Shown: in pieces, positions 11,090 through 25,258 of the stretch
Layout of the letters: the number at the start of each line of letters is the position of its first letter
Numbering within the stretch: position 1 is the first letter of the stretch
Assembly: GCA_031763465.1 (NCBI GenBank)
Contig: JARFOE010000192.1
Span: 7,923,352 to 7,961,096 of the forward strand
Reading direction: 5' to 3'
Length of the DNA: 37,745 bases
Origin: Squatina squatina
Taxonomy: Eukaryota
Program-made: the position numbers and the translations under genes
Notes under the pieces: generated by a model
Told to the model about the DNA's origin: nothing
Database searches by the model: none
What the model saw: only the letters and a program-made list of their open reading frames with translations

Positions 11090-13237
11090 TTATTACTTAT
11101 TGTCTGTGCATACTTGATGTCCAACACGTAGCAAATATTGAAAGTAAATGCTTTAAAAAATATTGTCCAAGGTATAAATTGACATTCAAGTATTCAAAAT
11201 AACAATACTAATTATTTTGATTTTAAAAAATTTGAAAAAATCAACATATTTCCGGTGGCACTTTTTATTAAACTGGGCTCTTATAAAAGTAAAGATGGTG
11301 ACAATATATGGAATATGTATGTGTTTACTACATTTAATTATTTTACTATTTTTTCTTGATGTGAAAGTGACTTTCAGTTGTGAATTGTTCTATTTTAAGG
11401 GCAGGGTAAAATGGTTGACAAGGATCTTTTGATGTTTGCATATGGAAGGTTATACTAATAATGGAAATGGCGTAGTTGCTTTAGGCACCAGAAATGTATT
11501 ATATTTATATTTTATATTTATATTTTAGTTTAATAAAAACTATGATAAAAATATTAAAACTACATTAATTTACATTGTATGATGTCATGCTAATTTGCTG
11601 CAGTGTCCGACATGCGTCAATTTTACAAAAATTGATGCTGATTGCTTGGGCCTGCGATGGCAGCATTGTCTCTGTTAATGCAGTATAAATAAATAAACTA
11701 CTTCCAGATATTTGGAAATGTACAAATAACTACAATTTCAACTAATAAATAAAATTTTTAAAAATCTGAACCTAATTGCCTCAAAACTGCTTTTTACTGA
11801 TTTCCTGCCAATTAACAAGAACTAACTGCCCTCCCATGGTATTGACCAACAAAAGACAAGATAAACACTCCTCAAAGGCATTATGCTTGAAAACTAGAAC
11901 AGACAATTCTACAGAACGCATAAAGAGACATGAAGCACTTCATTTTTACAGCTGTGCCAAAATATTTTGTAGTTCCTTTATGTGGGTCTTTATCAATACT
12001 GTATTCAAAATGTACAAGTCTGGGAAACAAGCCAACAGAAGTGCTTTGTTGTATTACTCCTGGCAGTTTTATACAGTAAAATTAAAAATTCATACATTCC
12101 ACAACCTCTGCTTGATGTATATTCTACCGCAGCGATGGTCTCTTCCCATATCATGAGTATATTAACATTGATGGTTGTCCAGAAGCAGTGCACAGTAACT
12201 GTTAATGTATCTGAAATCAGTATTTCTATCCCTCAAGCTACAAAGCCATGGGANNNNNNNNNNNNNNNNNNNNNNNNNNNNNNNNNNNNNNNNNNNNNNN
12301 NNNNNNNNNNNNNNNNNNNNNNNNNNNNNNNNNNNNNNNNNNNNNNNNNNNNNCTTGATCAAGCAGCTGGCAATCTAAAAAAATCAAACAGCCACAATAA
12401 ATAGTGTGCAATTGACCTCAGGACCTATTGTTAACATTCAATGCCCGTCCATCTCCTTCCTCCATTGGTTCACAATGACACGCTTCGAGTAAGACACTTG
12501 ATTGTGGAGTATAAGTGACTGGCCCAACTAGACATGGAGAGTGGCTTTCAGTTTCTAGTTCTATTTTTCAAGCCCTCTGAAGATCTGTTGAAAACCACGC
12601 TCCTTCATACACCACATTGTGCCTATATAGATAAGACCTCATGTCATAGATAAGACCTCATGACGTAGCTGTTCCTGAATTCCTTGAAAACAGTCCATTC
12701 ATATCAACAGTGTAGTTGTTTATTCCAAAGCTACTCCTCTAAAACAAGACTTCCTGACTTAACTGTTCTTGAATCCTTTGAAGAGTAGGCTTTATTAACC
12801 ATTATCTTACTGTAGTATAGTTAATGGATCCCTCTACCTATGCTTATTACCGTAGCCACTAAACTTATACCTCAATCACTCCTGGCTGACGTTATTACTG
12901 TCACTTGTTTCCTTGCTCAAGCACTTTCCGTGTGTTATACTCAAGACACTGAAAGTAGAAGACAAGCTGTGCTTTCTTCTCATGACATTTCAAAGCCAGC
13001 CTGTTTATATTGGAAAGTCTGGAGCTGCACAATACAAAGTAGTTTGATTATTAACTCTTAGCTCCCCAAGATGTCAACATACAACTCTCCGGGATGTCCA
13101 ACACTTCAGTGTGCTTGTTCTCCAGGCGAGAAACTTGGGCAACAAATAACAATTTCACGGGCTCTGTCCCATGACACGAGGATGGCTGAGAAACGTCCAA
13201 CCCCATAGAGAGTCAGGTGATTTTTCAGGCCTCGCCC

Positions 13238-13362
13238 GGAGTATTGTGTACAGTTTTGGTCTTCTTACCTAAGGAAGGATATACTTGTCATACTTTGTTC
13301 AACGAAGGTTCACCAGACTGATTCCTGGGATGGGGGGATTGTCCTTTGAGGAGAGATTGAGT
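13238..13362 (+). mobile_element. CR1 LINE ORF2 fragment
   Basis: It reads EYCVQFWSSYLRKDIL / VQRRFTRLIPGMGGLSFEERLS, the characteristic CR1 motif downstream of the reverse transcriptase, with an internal indel. Confidence 0.85.
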
Positions 13363-13539
13363 NNNNNNNNNNNNNNNNNNNNNNNNNNNNNNNNNNNNNN
13401 NNNNNNNNNNNNNNNNNNNNNNNNNNNNNNNNNNNNNNNNNNNNNNNNNNNNNNNNNNNNNNGGTCAAAGAAAATGGCGAAAAATGTACCTAAGGGATTC
13501 AAAAACAATTTTTACTTAACCAACTATCATCACCTTTAA

Positions 13540-13830
13540 ATACCACTCCCCAAGCAGCTGACCTCCCTAACAATGCTTCCTGCAGCTGCTGGTGTTGATG
13601 CCTGGTGCAGGTCTGGGGCGCTACTGGGGTGACGCGCAGCATGATAATGTCACAATCTTCAGGTCACAGGAGATCATGGCGCTAGGTGTTACTGCCCCTG
13701 CAAATCTCCACGGGAATTTCACGGACGTCGGTACTCTCGCCGCACCCAGTCGCACAGCTGGTAGCGCCCTGTTATCGCCCCCACCTCAGAGGCACTAATT
13801 TGGGGTGCAAAGGAGGTCAATTTCTAGTCC
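13540..13830. mobile_element. Non-autonomous DNA transposon end (Harbinger/MITE-like)
   Basis: This CpG-rich block ends in a TIR-like caatttctagtcc. The other end is probably lost in the adjacent gap. Confidence 0.4.
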
Positions 13831-14761
13831 TAGGTACTCACATCCTTCTCAAAACATCAAGATTCCTAGGTCTAATTAATGTTACAGTGACTTGCAATAT
13901 GACCTTTATCTTCTTTTGTTGTTGCTTTTTGATATTTTTTCAAGGACAAAGCAAGAACATAAATAAAGGAAACTAACAATTAGTATATGACACATCTGTA
14001 TATCATGGTTAGGTTGCAAACTCAAAATGCAATTAATGTTAGTCATGAGCAAAATTGGAAGATGGCCAGACAAACTCCTAAATTTTCATTGCATTTAAGA
14101 TGGAATTTATGTAATTTATTATTGCAAATTCTACTAAGGTGCAAAATAAAATAATGCTGTTTGTGCAAGAAATAATACAAAGGTGGCGCAAGTTCACTAA
14201 AAGAAGCACTCTAATGTCCTCTTCGACCCCATTAATGGGGAGTAAAATATTAGATCATTTTTGCTTGTTATTAATCATCTACTCATCAGAGTGTTGTGAG
14301 GTGCTGTGTCTCTAGGGAGGGAGATATTAGCAGAAGCTGATTCATCATGTTTCATGGAGTATCATTGAAGGTAGCCACGCAGTACTTCATGACTCAGGTT
14401 ATCCCACCTTTATAGCTGAATTGTGCTGAAGTCAACTGGGCCAAATGGAATCCACAGGGAGAAAAGAAATCANNNNNNNNNNNNNNNNNNNNNNNNNNNN
14501 NNNNNNNNNNNNNNNNNNNNNNNNNNNNNNNNNNNNNNNNNNNNNNNNNNNNNNNNNNNNNNNNNNNNNNNNCTGCAATTAGCATTTCTGCTTCTGTCGT
14601 AGGGAGCAGAAACATCATCCAGGCTTCATTGCTATCGCATAACTTTCCCTGGAAAGCATTGGGATGTTGGCTGAAGATAGATTACACTCAGCTATAATCT
14701 GCCCCATAATCGATTAGGCTACCAACAGTCATGGTCAAAGCTCACACATGAGTAATGGCTA

Positions 14762-15400
<639 letters not shown>

Positions 15401-16099
15401 GACAGGGATTTGTGGAGGGCATTCCTCACAGTCACAGATCCTCCAACTAGGACAAAAAGAGCACAGTTAATTACAGTCCGGCATGTCAGCCTTAAAGGGG
15501 CATTGTCATCTGATAAAGTATCTTGAAAGACACTTCTGTTTACAATGGCATCATAAGTGTCATTCTTCCTGTTTATTTTGATAATTTTAAGATTTAGTAT
15601 TAAAATAGCAAAGTAAAATAAATCACTGCTTATGCCACAACAGATGTGAAATTGTCTCTGAATTTAACTGATTTGAAATGGCAGAGTTTCCCATGAATTT
15701 GGAACAAGCTGTTTTTCAGGAAAACTCAATAAAGTAACAATGCTCCTTCAACAATTAGATATTTTGTGATTGTTTTAACGGAATTAGCTTAAAATCTGAG
15801 ACTGGAGACTGATGGTTTGATGTAAACATATGTATTTCGTTTTAACATGGGAAATCTGACAAGTCAGTGTGGCGCACCAAATTTATTTTAATGATTTTCA
15901 GTTGAGTTTGAAAGTTGATTGTGAAAAAATAAATGACAAAATCATTTAACTTCTCTTCTCGAGAAAAAACGGAAATTGTAATTTCCTTTTGTCGGTTATT
16001 TTCTGTGACACTGTCAAGTTCTGCAACTAAAGAGCACTCACTGCACCTTAAACTTCACAAGGAGACAGCAGCAAGTCAATGCCACACACAATGCATTAG

Positions 16100-16494
16100 C
16101 AAGAGATGAGAAATCCAACCTGTTCACCGGCCGTGCCTAATGCTTCTTAAAAGCACCACGAACTGCACGACGCTGCTAATATTTGAGGTTACCACGCACT
16201 TTTAGCATCAAGCGAAGCAGAACATAAGGTAATATGCTATGCCCCAATAATTACAGCATCCATAAAGTGCGGTGGTCTATTCACTGAAGATCTGAATAAG
16301 CTGGTGAAAAGAGGGGATTCCAGTCAGAAAATGCAGCGCCTGGTGGCATTTTATTGCATCCAGACGAACACATCACGAGGCGCGCAGTCAGCTCCAGCTA
16401 CCGAGCTGGTGTGAGATGCACCCCAGCGGCTGCAGCAAGTGCCGGGAAACCGTGCAAGTTTCCGGGAGCGAGCTTTACCGACCACCGCCTGACA
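16100..16494 (-). promoter_or_regulatory. CpG-rich candidate VWC2 non-coding exon 1 / promoter
   Basis: CpG density is high 0.7-1 kb upstream of the first coding exon on the same contig. There are donor-like minus-strand sites near 16115-16130 and a CTCF-like gcgcctggtggca near 16336-16348. Confidence 0.45.
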
Positions 16495-16594
16495 NNNNNN
16501 NNNNNNNNNNNNNNNNNNNNNNNNNNNNNNNNNNNNNNNNNNNNNNNNNNNNNNNNNNNNNNNNNNNNNNNNNNNNNNNNNNNNNNNNNNNNNN

Positions 16595-16821
16595 ACGCAG
16601 TGGGTGGTGAATCTTTGGAATTCTCTACTTCAGAGGGCTGTGGAGGCTCAATCATTGAGTACATCCAAGACCGAGATTGATAGATTCCTAGATATTAAAG
16701 GCATAAAGGGATATGGAGAGAGTCAGAATGGCATTGAGATAGAGGATCAGGTTGAATGGCGGAGCAGGCTCAAGGGGCTGAATGGCGTACTCCTGCATCT
16801 ACTTTCTAGGTTTCTATGTTT
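16595..16821 (+). mobile_element. CR1 LINE 3' end
   Basis: It reads VVNLWNSLLQRAVEAQSLSTSKTEIDRFLDIKGIKGYGE, followed by the typical 3' UTR and a ttctatgtttc tail. Confidence 0.88.
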
Positions 16822-17210
16822 CAGCAAGCACAGAGGTGATGGGTGAATGGAACTTGATGCGAGTTAGGGCATGGGCTGCCGNNNNNNNNNNTGCCGAGTT
16901 TTGGATGACCTCAAGTTTATGTAGGGTAGAATGTGGGAGGCCAGCCAGGAGTGCATTGGAGTAGTCAAGTCTAGAGGGTAACAAAGGCATGGATGAGGGC
17001 TTCAGCAACAGATGAGCTGAGGCAGGGACAGAGGCGGGCAAAGTTACGGAGGTGGAAATAGGCAGTTTAGTTATGCCGCGGATGTGTGATCAGAAGCTCA
17101 TTTCAGGGTCAAGTATGATGCCAAGGTTGTGAACAGTCTTGCTCAGCCTCAGACAGATGCTAGGGAGAGGGATGGAGTCGGTGGCTAGGGAATGGAGTTT
17201 GTGGCGGTGA
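16822..17210 (-). mobile_element. L2-clade LINE ORF2 fragment
   Basis: It contains SRLDYSNALLAGLPHSTLHKLEVIQNSA..LTRIK..SPITSVLA and TVHNLGIILDPEMSF, hallmark L2 C-terminal motifs, and is frameshifted. Confidence 0.88.
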
Positions 17211-17283
17211 CCGAGGTTATTGTGGCTGGACCAGGTGCTGGGATTCCTTTGTGAGCTGAATCTGACCTGAAAAACAGTGAAGA

Positions 17284-17912
17284 ATGACTGAATATGGGAC
17301 AGAGCGGGCACCCAAATTTTCCAATGCTGCACTGGAGGTCTTGGTTGAGGAGGCGGAGAGGAGGAGAGATGTCCTGCATCTGCAAGGGCCAGAGGACGGT
17401 CCAGATACACGGTGAAAAGGCAATGGGAACAGATAGCCCCAGAGAGCAGTGGTGCAATATTTTAATGACCTCACAGGAGTGGTCAAGATCAGTGAGTGCA
17501 TCTTCAAAAGCCATATCTTACCAACAGCACCACCAGCCTCAGCCACTGCTCAATTCACCATCACTTACCTATCAACAATCTCTATCAATCAGGACTCATA
17601 ACTAACATGCAGATGCTTCACCTCACCTCACATTTAGCACAGTTGCAAATCTAACATCCACACCTCACAACCTACATACACTGCTATTCAACCATGACAG
17701 CCACATCACCCAAACATATTGCACAACACTCACTGACACACTTTCCTCTCTCTTGCAGGAGAAGGTGGCGTACAACCGAAGGCAGCAGCAGCTAAGCAGA
17801 GAGGCATGCCTGCATGTTCTAATCCCCATGGAGGAGACGGTGCTGGCCATTATTGTATGGGCCATTGCTGATGCCGTGGCCAGCAGCTGGGCTGAAATGA
17901 TAGAAGATGATG
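17284..17912 (+). pseudogene. Decayed Harbinger-type Myb/SANT-like DNA-binding gene (two exons)
   Basis: ATG at 17284 opens MTEYGTERAPKFSNAALEVLVEEAERRRDVL, followed by frameshifted KRQWEQIA and FNDLTGVVK with a mutated donor (aag|atcagt). An acceptor ctcttgcag ending at 17758 precedes exon 2, EKVAYNRRQQQ...LIPMEETVLAII. Confidence 0.72.
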
Positions 17913-20900
17913 GTCTCCTCATATCTAATCCTTCTTCTCACATCCCACTTCCCCCTGATCCCACAATCTCTTCTGATTTACAAGCACCTCTTGCTNNNNN
18001 NNNNNNNNNNNNNNNNNNNNNNNNNNNNNNNNNNNNNNNNNNNNNNNNNNNNNNNNNNNNNNNNNNNNNNNNNNNNNNNNNNNNNNNNNNNNNNNATATA
18101 ATAGGGTTACTGAGTATATTGTAACTGTGTGATATTGTAACTTGTCACCTAAGAAATATAATAATGTAGTTTTAAGCTACAATATTTTGATAATGTCGGG
18201 AATGTTGTTAGATGCCGCTGGATGGGAATGAATAAGGGAGCAAAATCTGTGGGAACAAGCAAGATAGTATAGAAATGCCCTTGTGGTAGCTGCTGACGTC
18301 GGGTATATTAAAGGGGTCTGTACACTTGTGGATTGACAGGCTTCGAAGGTTGAATAGTTATCAGGCAGGGAAATAATGTGCTATGTCAAAGGTAGTTGAT
18401 ACTTACTGGCAACCAAATGCAAGGACGCCAGAATGTTAATTCAGTAAAAGGGCACCACCTGCTCAGACAAATGTAGTAAAGTTCCTAAAAAGGCTGGGAA
18501 ACATTTTGACTTGTAAACAGAATTCCAATTACCTTCAGTCAAGGTGCTCAGGAGGTCTGATTTTCCCACCTCCAGTTAGCGCTGACAGCTCAGTCGGAAT
18601 ATTAAAATGATGCTCGATCACAGAAGTTAATTGGCCCTCAAATCAACATCACTGGAGGAACGGAGAGGACGCCCTGCCCACTGCCCGCTCAATTTGCACC
18701 ATCGTCCAAAATTACCCCTGATGTCCTTTCTACACTGGGGTACCCAAAGCTACACATCGTACTTCAACTGTGATTAACCAATGTTATCCACAAACCAATC
18801 ATATTTTTAGTTTGGATTGTAAAAAATGAACTCCTTTCCTTCGTCCAAAAATTATATTTTTCAAAACTCACCCTATCACAACCAGAACCAATTTTAAAAA
18901 ATGCAGCAACTGTTTCAAGTCTGGAAATGCTGAGGAAGTGCTAGTTGCTAAGCAACATAGCTGATGATATTGAGGCTGTGCTTTTGTTTTGCTATGTGTC
19001 ATTCCAGAGAATTTCAGCTTCTGACATTAGCAAACAGCATTCTTGATAGATCAGGAATACTGACAAATTGCAGCCACTTAATTTTAAACTCAAACAATGG
19101 ACACTTGCCCCCACCACCACCCATGAAGAAAGGACTGTGTGATTCTGAAAGCTGGTACATTTTAGTTTTTATTTCTATCACGTAAGGATAATAAAAGATT
19201 CAATGCATCATCATGAGGTCAGTGAGGGTCTGCTTGATGCTCTAAACGCAAGCAAAAAACATAATACTTCCACTGTTCATTACTCAATAGGATTCTGTCT
19301 CAGTGACGAGCTGCGTGATATTGTTTAATTATTTCCACTTAGATTCAATGAAAGCACCATCCATGTCCATTAAGGTTATAAGCTTTTCTGATTGTGTACT
19401 CATGGTGAATTCAACTTTCATTGACATTTGTCTCTAATGTTCCACATCCATCATTAAACTTCACCAACACAAACAGAAACATTTCCTGAAAAAAAGTACT
19501 GACTCAAAATAATTACAGAATGGAAAGCAGTTCATGATTTCCTCAGATGAAACAATTACAGCAACAGAACAATCTAAAGAGAAATGACAATTCATTTTAT
19601 TAGTCCTTTCTCTTGGAATACAGTATTCAACCACGAGATAGAAATGGAATCCATCCAAGAAAACTAGTTTTTATCTCTGTAATAAAGGAGTGTTTGTAGT
19701 TTATATATTCACAATGTCATTGTTATCCTATTCATAAATGTAAATTGTATTAATCACCTACTGAAGTCAAGCAAGAAAGTGGGGCGGCAGTTTCTTTATA
19801 TAATGTGGCTTTTACAAAAAATAATAGCACCGAGAAGGATGCCATTTGCCTAATCTCCCATTCACATGATATATACTGGCAATTGCAGATGGTGCAGNNN
19901 NNNNNNNNNNNNNNNNNNNNNNNNNNNNNNNNNNNNNNNNNNNNNNNNNNNNNNNNNNNNNNNNNNNNNNNNNNNNNNNNNNNNNNNNNNNNNNNNNGGG
20001 ACAGAATGCATTGGCGTACAGACAACAATCATCATTTCCTTGAGAAAAAGCATTGCCAGTCTGTGCCTTATCTTGCCTCCTCTCATGTGGTCAGCAAACT
20101 TGTTTTCGGCACTGCAGGCATGCTTGAAGTACGATACTACACGAGTTCAGTTGCTGAGCAACCTCCTGCCCCGGATTCCACCCAGCTGCTTTAAGAGACT
20201 TTTCTTCCAGTGGCAGCGTATAGCATAGCTCACAGCTTCACAATGCCTACAGCGACACTGCTGTGCTCACATCGTCTATGATATTTACTTACCTGTTTCC
20301 AAAAACCACGATTCACCAGCACATACTCCATGCCCATTCAATCAGTCTCCTGTCTTTAAGGCCTAAATTGAGCCTGGACTCCCTGTCAGGTGCGGGCCCT
20401 CCACCGCTTGTGCCGCTCCACATCCAGGTAAATATTTTTTACAAACTTATTTTTTTCTCTCATTAATAGCCAAGATCATTTTAATTCTCACCACCCACTT
20501 TCAGCATTATATAATCACAGAAACACTTGTGTTATTATCTTCAGTATTGTGCTGATAGAATGTTGTTTCTTTGCAGCATAAGAAAAATAAATCTTTTGCG
20601 ATTGTGTGTGCTTTCCAAATTGGTTTTGTCCTTTGTATCAAAATAGAAGCATCCCAGTGCCCTGTCACAATTGTAGCTGATTGTGAATGGAACAGCTATT
20701 ACACCCCTGCCAACAGACAGCTATGGCAGATAAATTGACAGTGGCACTTGCCTTTTGAAAGAACTGTAATNNNNNNNNNNNNNNNNNNNNNNNNNNNNNN
20801 NNNNNNNNNNNNNNNNNNNNNNNNNNNNNNNNNNNNNNNNNNNNNNNNNNNNNNNNNNNNNNNNNNNNNNACACACTCAATTACAGGCTTTATATTCTTC

Positions 20901-21209
20901 TGCTGACAATCTCACCACAAAGAGCATAGTAAACAAGCGATAGTGACAATTTCTCCAACGTTTTCATGTATTCTTTTACCTTTTTCTTCACTTACAAAAA
21001 TTGGAGAAATTTTCCTAGCTGAAATTTTAAGCAGAAAAATGCTTTTTGAAATACCTAGTTGCCATTGAATCTTTTGGCTTGGGGTAATCTTTGACACTGC
21101 ATATGGATTGACTCCAAAGAAATGTTTTTTTAACTTTGCTCCTTAAAGTTTTTAGTTTAGGAGCCAAATACTCCCTGATAAAGTTATGCAAAAGCACTCA
21201 GAGTTACTA

Positions 21210-21914
21210 AGGGTTCAATTTACCAGAGTCTCGGGGTCCAATGCTACATTAATATTTTCAGAAATGAGTGGGGTCCATTTTAAGTTTATTCAAGGGATTC
21301 AAGGGTGCAGCTGCCAAAGTCGGCACTGATCCGTCTGGCCACCTGGAGTGCAAGGCCCAGGAGATTTTAACCCTCTGGCTTCAGTTGAATACCCCGAAAC
21401 TGCCTCCCGCCTGAAGGCATCGTCAACGGCAGAGGGCAAGCGTGGAAAGTGGTGGATCATCAGACTGCCATCGGGGTCCCATGGAAATGGGAAAATGGGG
21501 GAGGGGTGAAGCCTGTGGCGGGGGAGGCCCAGGGTAACCATGCAGGGCCTGCAGGAGTAATCCTGCACCTCCTGGCCCACAAGGATTGTATAGAAAAATT
21601 ATTGTTCCAAAGTTGCCTTGTCCTCTTCTGGGCATTCTGTTGAGTTCCTCTATGGTTGAGATGACTGTGATTGCCTCAAGCGCATCTTCCAAACGCGGAA
21701 GTTGAAATGCTGTCACGGTGCCAACAACACCATTGGGCTGTGACTTTGATTTAAATTAGGTTCCCGCTTGCCTGCAGTGGGAGCTTCGGCTGACATTGCA
21801 ATTGATAAAGATAAAATGTCGCCGGCGCAAACGGTGTGGGAAATGGATTCGACCTGATCTTAACCTCTTCTAAGCAGCATTTTCACTTGGCAAAGGGAGC
21901 TAAAATCTACCCCA
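21210..21914. mobile_element. Unclassified GC-rich repeat with imperfect TIR-like ends
   Basis: It begins gggttcaattta and ends taaaatctacccc (reverse complement ggggtagatttta). I do not recognise its internal ORFs. Confidence 0.35.
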
Positions 21915-23751
21915 CAGTGTCTGTATGGGTCCCACTGTTTTGAATAGTAAATACTGTACTTTAGTGTACATGATTTTCAGGAACCTTTTACTATTTTGCT
22001 ATAAGAAAGGATATAGTTACACTACAGATACCAATGTAAGGCTGGTATAGTTGGAGTCCAATGTATAGCTGGTCAGCTTGGGTTATACTGCTGACTACAC
22101 AAATGCACTGAGCTCTGCAACAAGCCTTGTGCTTTCTTATGAGATTAAAACAATTGGGAAAATAAGTTTTATAAATTTCCAAGTAGGCCTAATGCACTGG
22201 TTGAGCTTTTAAAGTGCACCTTTGTAGCGCACAGGCATTATACTGTACCCACTCAACAGTGAGAGGCAGCCTCCCACCTCTGCCTCTCGTGTACTCAGGA
22301 GCCCAACTGGTGTTGCTTCTTATCAACATGAAAGTGGCAATATAACTACAGTCTTGGACTTCAAGGCTTAGTGTGTCAAAGATGTGAATATTTTATTTTC
22401 TTTGATTTCATTTTATTAAATATGCTATACAGAGCTAAAACGTTCAGTGTGATCTCGTCGGGCTACATCCAACTCTTTGCTTTCAGTTACATGAAAGAAA
22501 GGGATACTTTTCAGTGCCCAAAGTCTACAGTACAAACATAGTTAATAGTTGGAGCTGAAGTAAATTACTCATTTCCCAGATGCTTCTGACCTGTGCTCAG
22601 TGTTTGCTATTTGATTCGATATGGCTCCACTATCATGTTGAAATTCATACCATCTCTTACTAAAACTCTTTCTAGCCCAGGGTCTCAATACTGCAAAACC
22701 TCTGACTCCAAGTATTCACATCTTCCTATAATCTGACAGCTTTCACAACTCAAGCTTGCTATGACCTACTTGGCCTTCTCTTCCCCTCGTTTTTTAACAT
22801 AGGTGATATCCTGCACTGTGGTCCGACATCCTTCATTTAGACTACCCATTTAAAAAAAAAAGATAGGAGAGATGTTTAAGATATTTTAGTCATATGTTTG
22901 GTGTTTATTTGCATTACTTCATCTGCATTTTAAACTTAGCCACATAGCCTTCAAAATCGACGAAAAGATAGTTATTCAAGAAGAACTAGGCTGTACACTG
23001 CACCAAAATTAATGAAAGAGTACAACTATGCCTGCAAGACAGGTCAACATTGCTGATTAATTTACTTTCAAAACCCAAAACATTTAGCTGGCAGAACAAA
23101 ACCATTACATAGAAAAGATGCAAATTCCAAGGAGCTGTCAATGAGATGCCTTGAGGATGGAGAAGTACATTAAAAAAGACAGACTTTCAAGACTGCAGAC
23201 CCAGTTTATGTAATGTGATGAGATTAGTGTGGTCAGTGCTTGGGGATAATATCTGTACACTGCCCCATTTGCACTGCACCAACTCATGCGAATAGCATTT
23301 GAAAACAACAAAGTAGTACAGCAGGGTTTACCAGGAGCAGTAACCTCAGTCACAGCAGCAGGAAGGATAACTGTGTAAAAACAACTTGGGTTTTTTTAAA
23401 AGCCATTATTTATTACTCCATCGTGTCCATAAAATTGTATCTGTGAGCTGTTGCTTCAGGCTTCAATACATAAAGGGATCAATAGGGTAGCATCTACATA
23501 TTTTGACCAATGTCATCAGATGTGAGTATGTGAGTCAATTATTACCAGATCACCTGCACGGACACGAAACAAATGCCAATTAAGTTGATGTTTATTTACT
23601 CACCTCTGATTAGTCCCAGCCTCACATTGGTAATTTCAGCTTTAAAATCTANNNNNNNNNNNNNNNNNNNNNNNNNNNNNNNNNNNNNNNNNNNNNNNNN
23701 NNNNNNNNNNNNNNNNNNNNNNNNNNNNNNNNNNNNNNNNNNNNNNNNNNN

Positions 23752-23849
23752 AATTCCACGACTACTGTGGTGGTATTTGAACTCACGTCATTGGATCAAT
23801 AGTCCAAGCCTCTAGATTACTCGTCCCGCAACTTAACCACTACACTACC
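23752..23849 (-). mobile_element. tRNA-derived SINE head
   Basis: The minus strand has an A-box-like tagtgtagtgg and a B-box-like gagttcaaatacc. The body runs into a gap. Confidence 0.7.
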
Positions 23850-25035
23850 GACTCCCCTCGGCTGATTAAACACAATATACCCACCATATTGGTTTGCACC
23901 CGAACCCGATTTTTTGAAAGACTAGAGATAAGCAAATCTCAACAATATTCCACAACATTTTTATCCAATCCAAAATATCATGATACCAATGATTAGTTGC
24001 AATACACTGCCCAACATGAAACAATTAGCTCTTCAAGTAGAATAATCTAAACACGGTATACAGAGGAGTGGTCAGTGCCCAGCATTGGGTGCAATATTTC
24101 ATTTCACTCGTAATCGCTAGACAGAAAGCTATTACAGCATCTGATAGCTTTAGAAAATAAACATGAATCAGTTCAGCATCTTCAAAATTAATTTTGAGCT
24201 ATGAAAGATGACATTTTGATAAATTATACCATTAATAAATTGAAAAGTGACATCTTATATTTTAGTTGTTTTGACTGGAGATCTTATTTTGAGTCATAGC
24301 CAAGCTATTCCATGGACATCAATCACCTTAAGATTGCACAGAGAAGCACAGCACTTACTAAGAGGTATCAGCGGTACCTGTTCTCATGCTAGGTCAGAAA
24401 ACATAGGGGCCGGTTCTGCACTGCCTACCACCCTGTGTGTGCCAGCTAGACAGAGGAAGTAGGAGCAGAGACCTGTAATTCTGGGACTTCACTTTGTTTA
24501 TTCTTGACTTGAAATTCCTGGTATGGGCAGAAAGCTCTTGAAACAGATGGAAGCATTTTAATTCCACGTAAAGGATGCAGGGCTGATACCATTACAACTA
24601 CCTCATCATTCTCAGGTGCTCCGCCTGGAGGATGTTTGCTCAGAAGACTGACCAAGGTAGCAGGATGGCAGAGGACGCTGTCTCACCCTTAGATTGTAGG
24701 ATCTGTAAAGAGTAGCCAGCCACCTCCGAAGACCTCAGGAAATTATGAGGTTCATTTTCCAGGCTCTCCCCTCCCCCATCCCTGCCCAAGCCTGGACACT
24801 GGATAGATGCAGTACACCCGAAGCTCATTGTGCCTAAATTTGGCATCTGTGGTCTAGGCCTGCCTCCTGGGCACTGCTACTTTTCTCCTCCCTTTCAGTA
24901 TGAGCTCTGATTCCCAGGTGATAGTCCCAGCTAGCCCTCACACGAGCAGTTGAATGAACTGAACCTGGAAATATAGCCAGGTATAAGTTATGGGGAAGTG
25001 AGGATTGCAATAGTGGTGAATGGTGTGTGAGTAAA

Positions 25036-25258
25036 AAGAAAGACTTACATTTAATTAGCGCTTTTCATAAACTCAGGACACCCCAAAGTGCTTTACAGCC
25101 AATGAATCACTTTTTATTGAAATGTAGTCACTGTTGTTATGTAGGAAACGCAGCAGCCAATTCGCACACAGCAAAGCCCCACAAACAGTAATGTGATAAT
25201 GACAGGATAATCTGTTTAGTGATGTTGATTGATGGATAAATATTGGCCAGGACACCAG
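25036..25258 (-). mobile_element. DeuSINE-type (SacSINE1-like) SINE with L2-derived tail
   Basis: The sequence aagaaagacttacattt...caaagtgctttacagccaatgaa...gcagccaattcgcacacagcaaag...aatattggccaggacacc matches my recollection of the Deu domain plus L2-type 3' tail abundant in sharks. Confidence 0.75.

Noticed and set aside
12627-12664. 19-bp tandem duplication (atagataagacctcatg(t/a)c, twice)
   Set aside because: It has only two adjacent units and no spacers, so it is ordinary slippage and not CRISPR-like.
20280-20440. Strong CAG|GTAAGT-like donors on opposite strands
   Set aside because: There is no recognisable coding exon, and the context resembles MITE-like repeat interiors.
23138-23353. 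WCSANGAVY resembling the missing VWC2 middle exon (RCEANGEV)
   Set aside because: It lacks the VWC cysteine spacing and lies upstream of the first coding exon, so it is a chance match.
23752-23849. Possible tRNA gene
   Set aside because: It has A and B boxes but no convincing cloverleaf and continues into SINE sequence.
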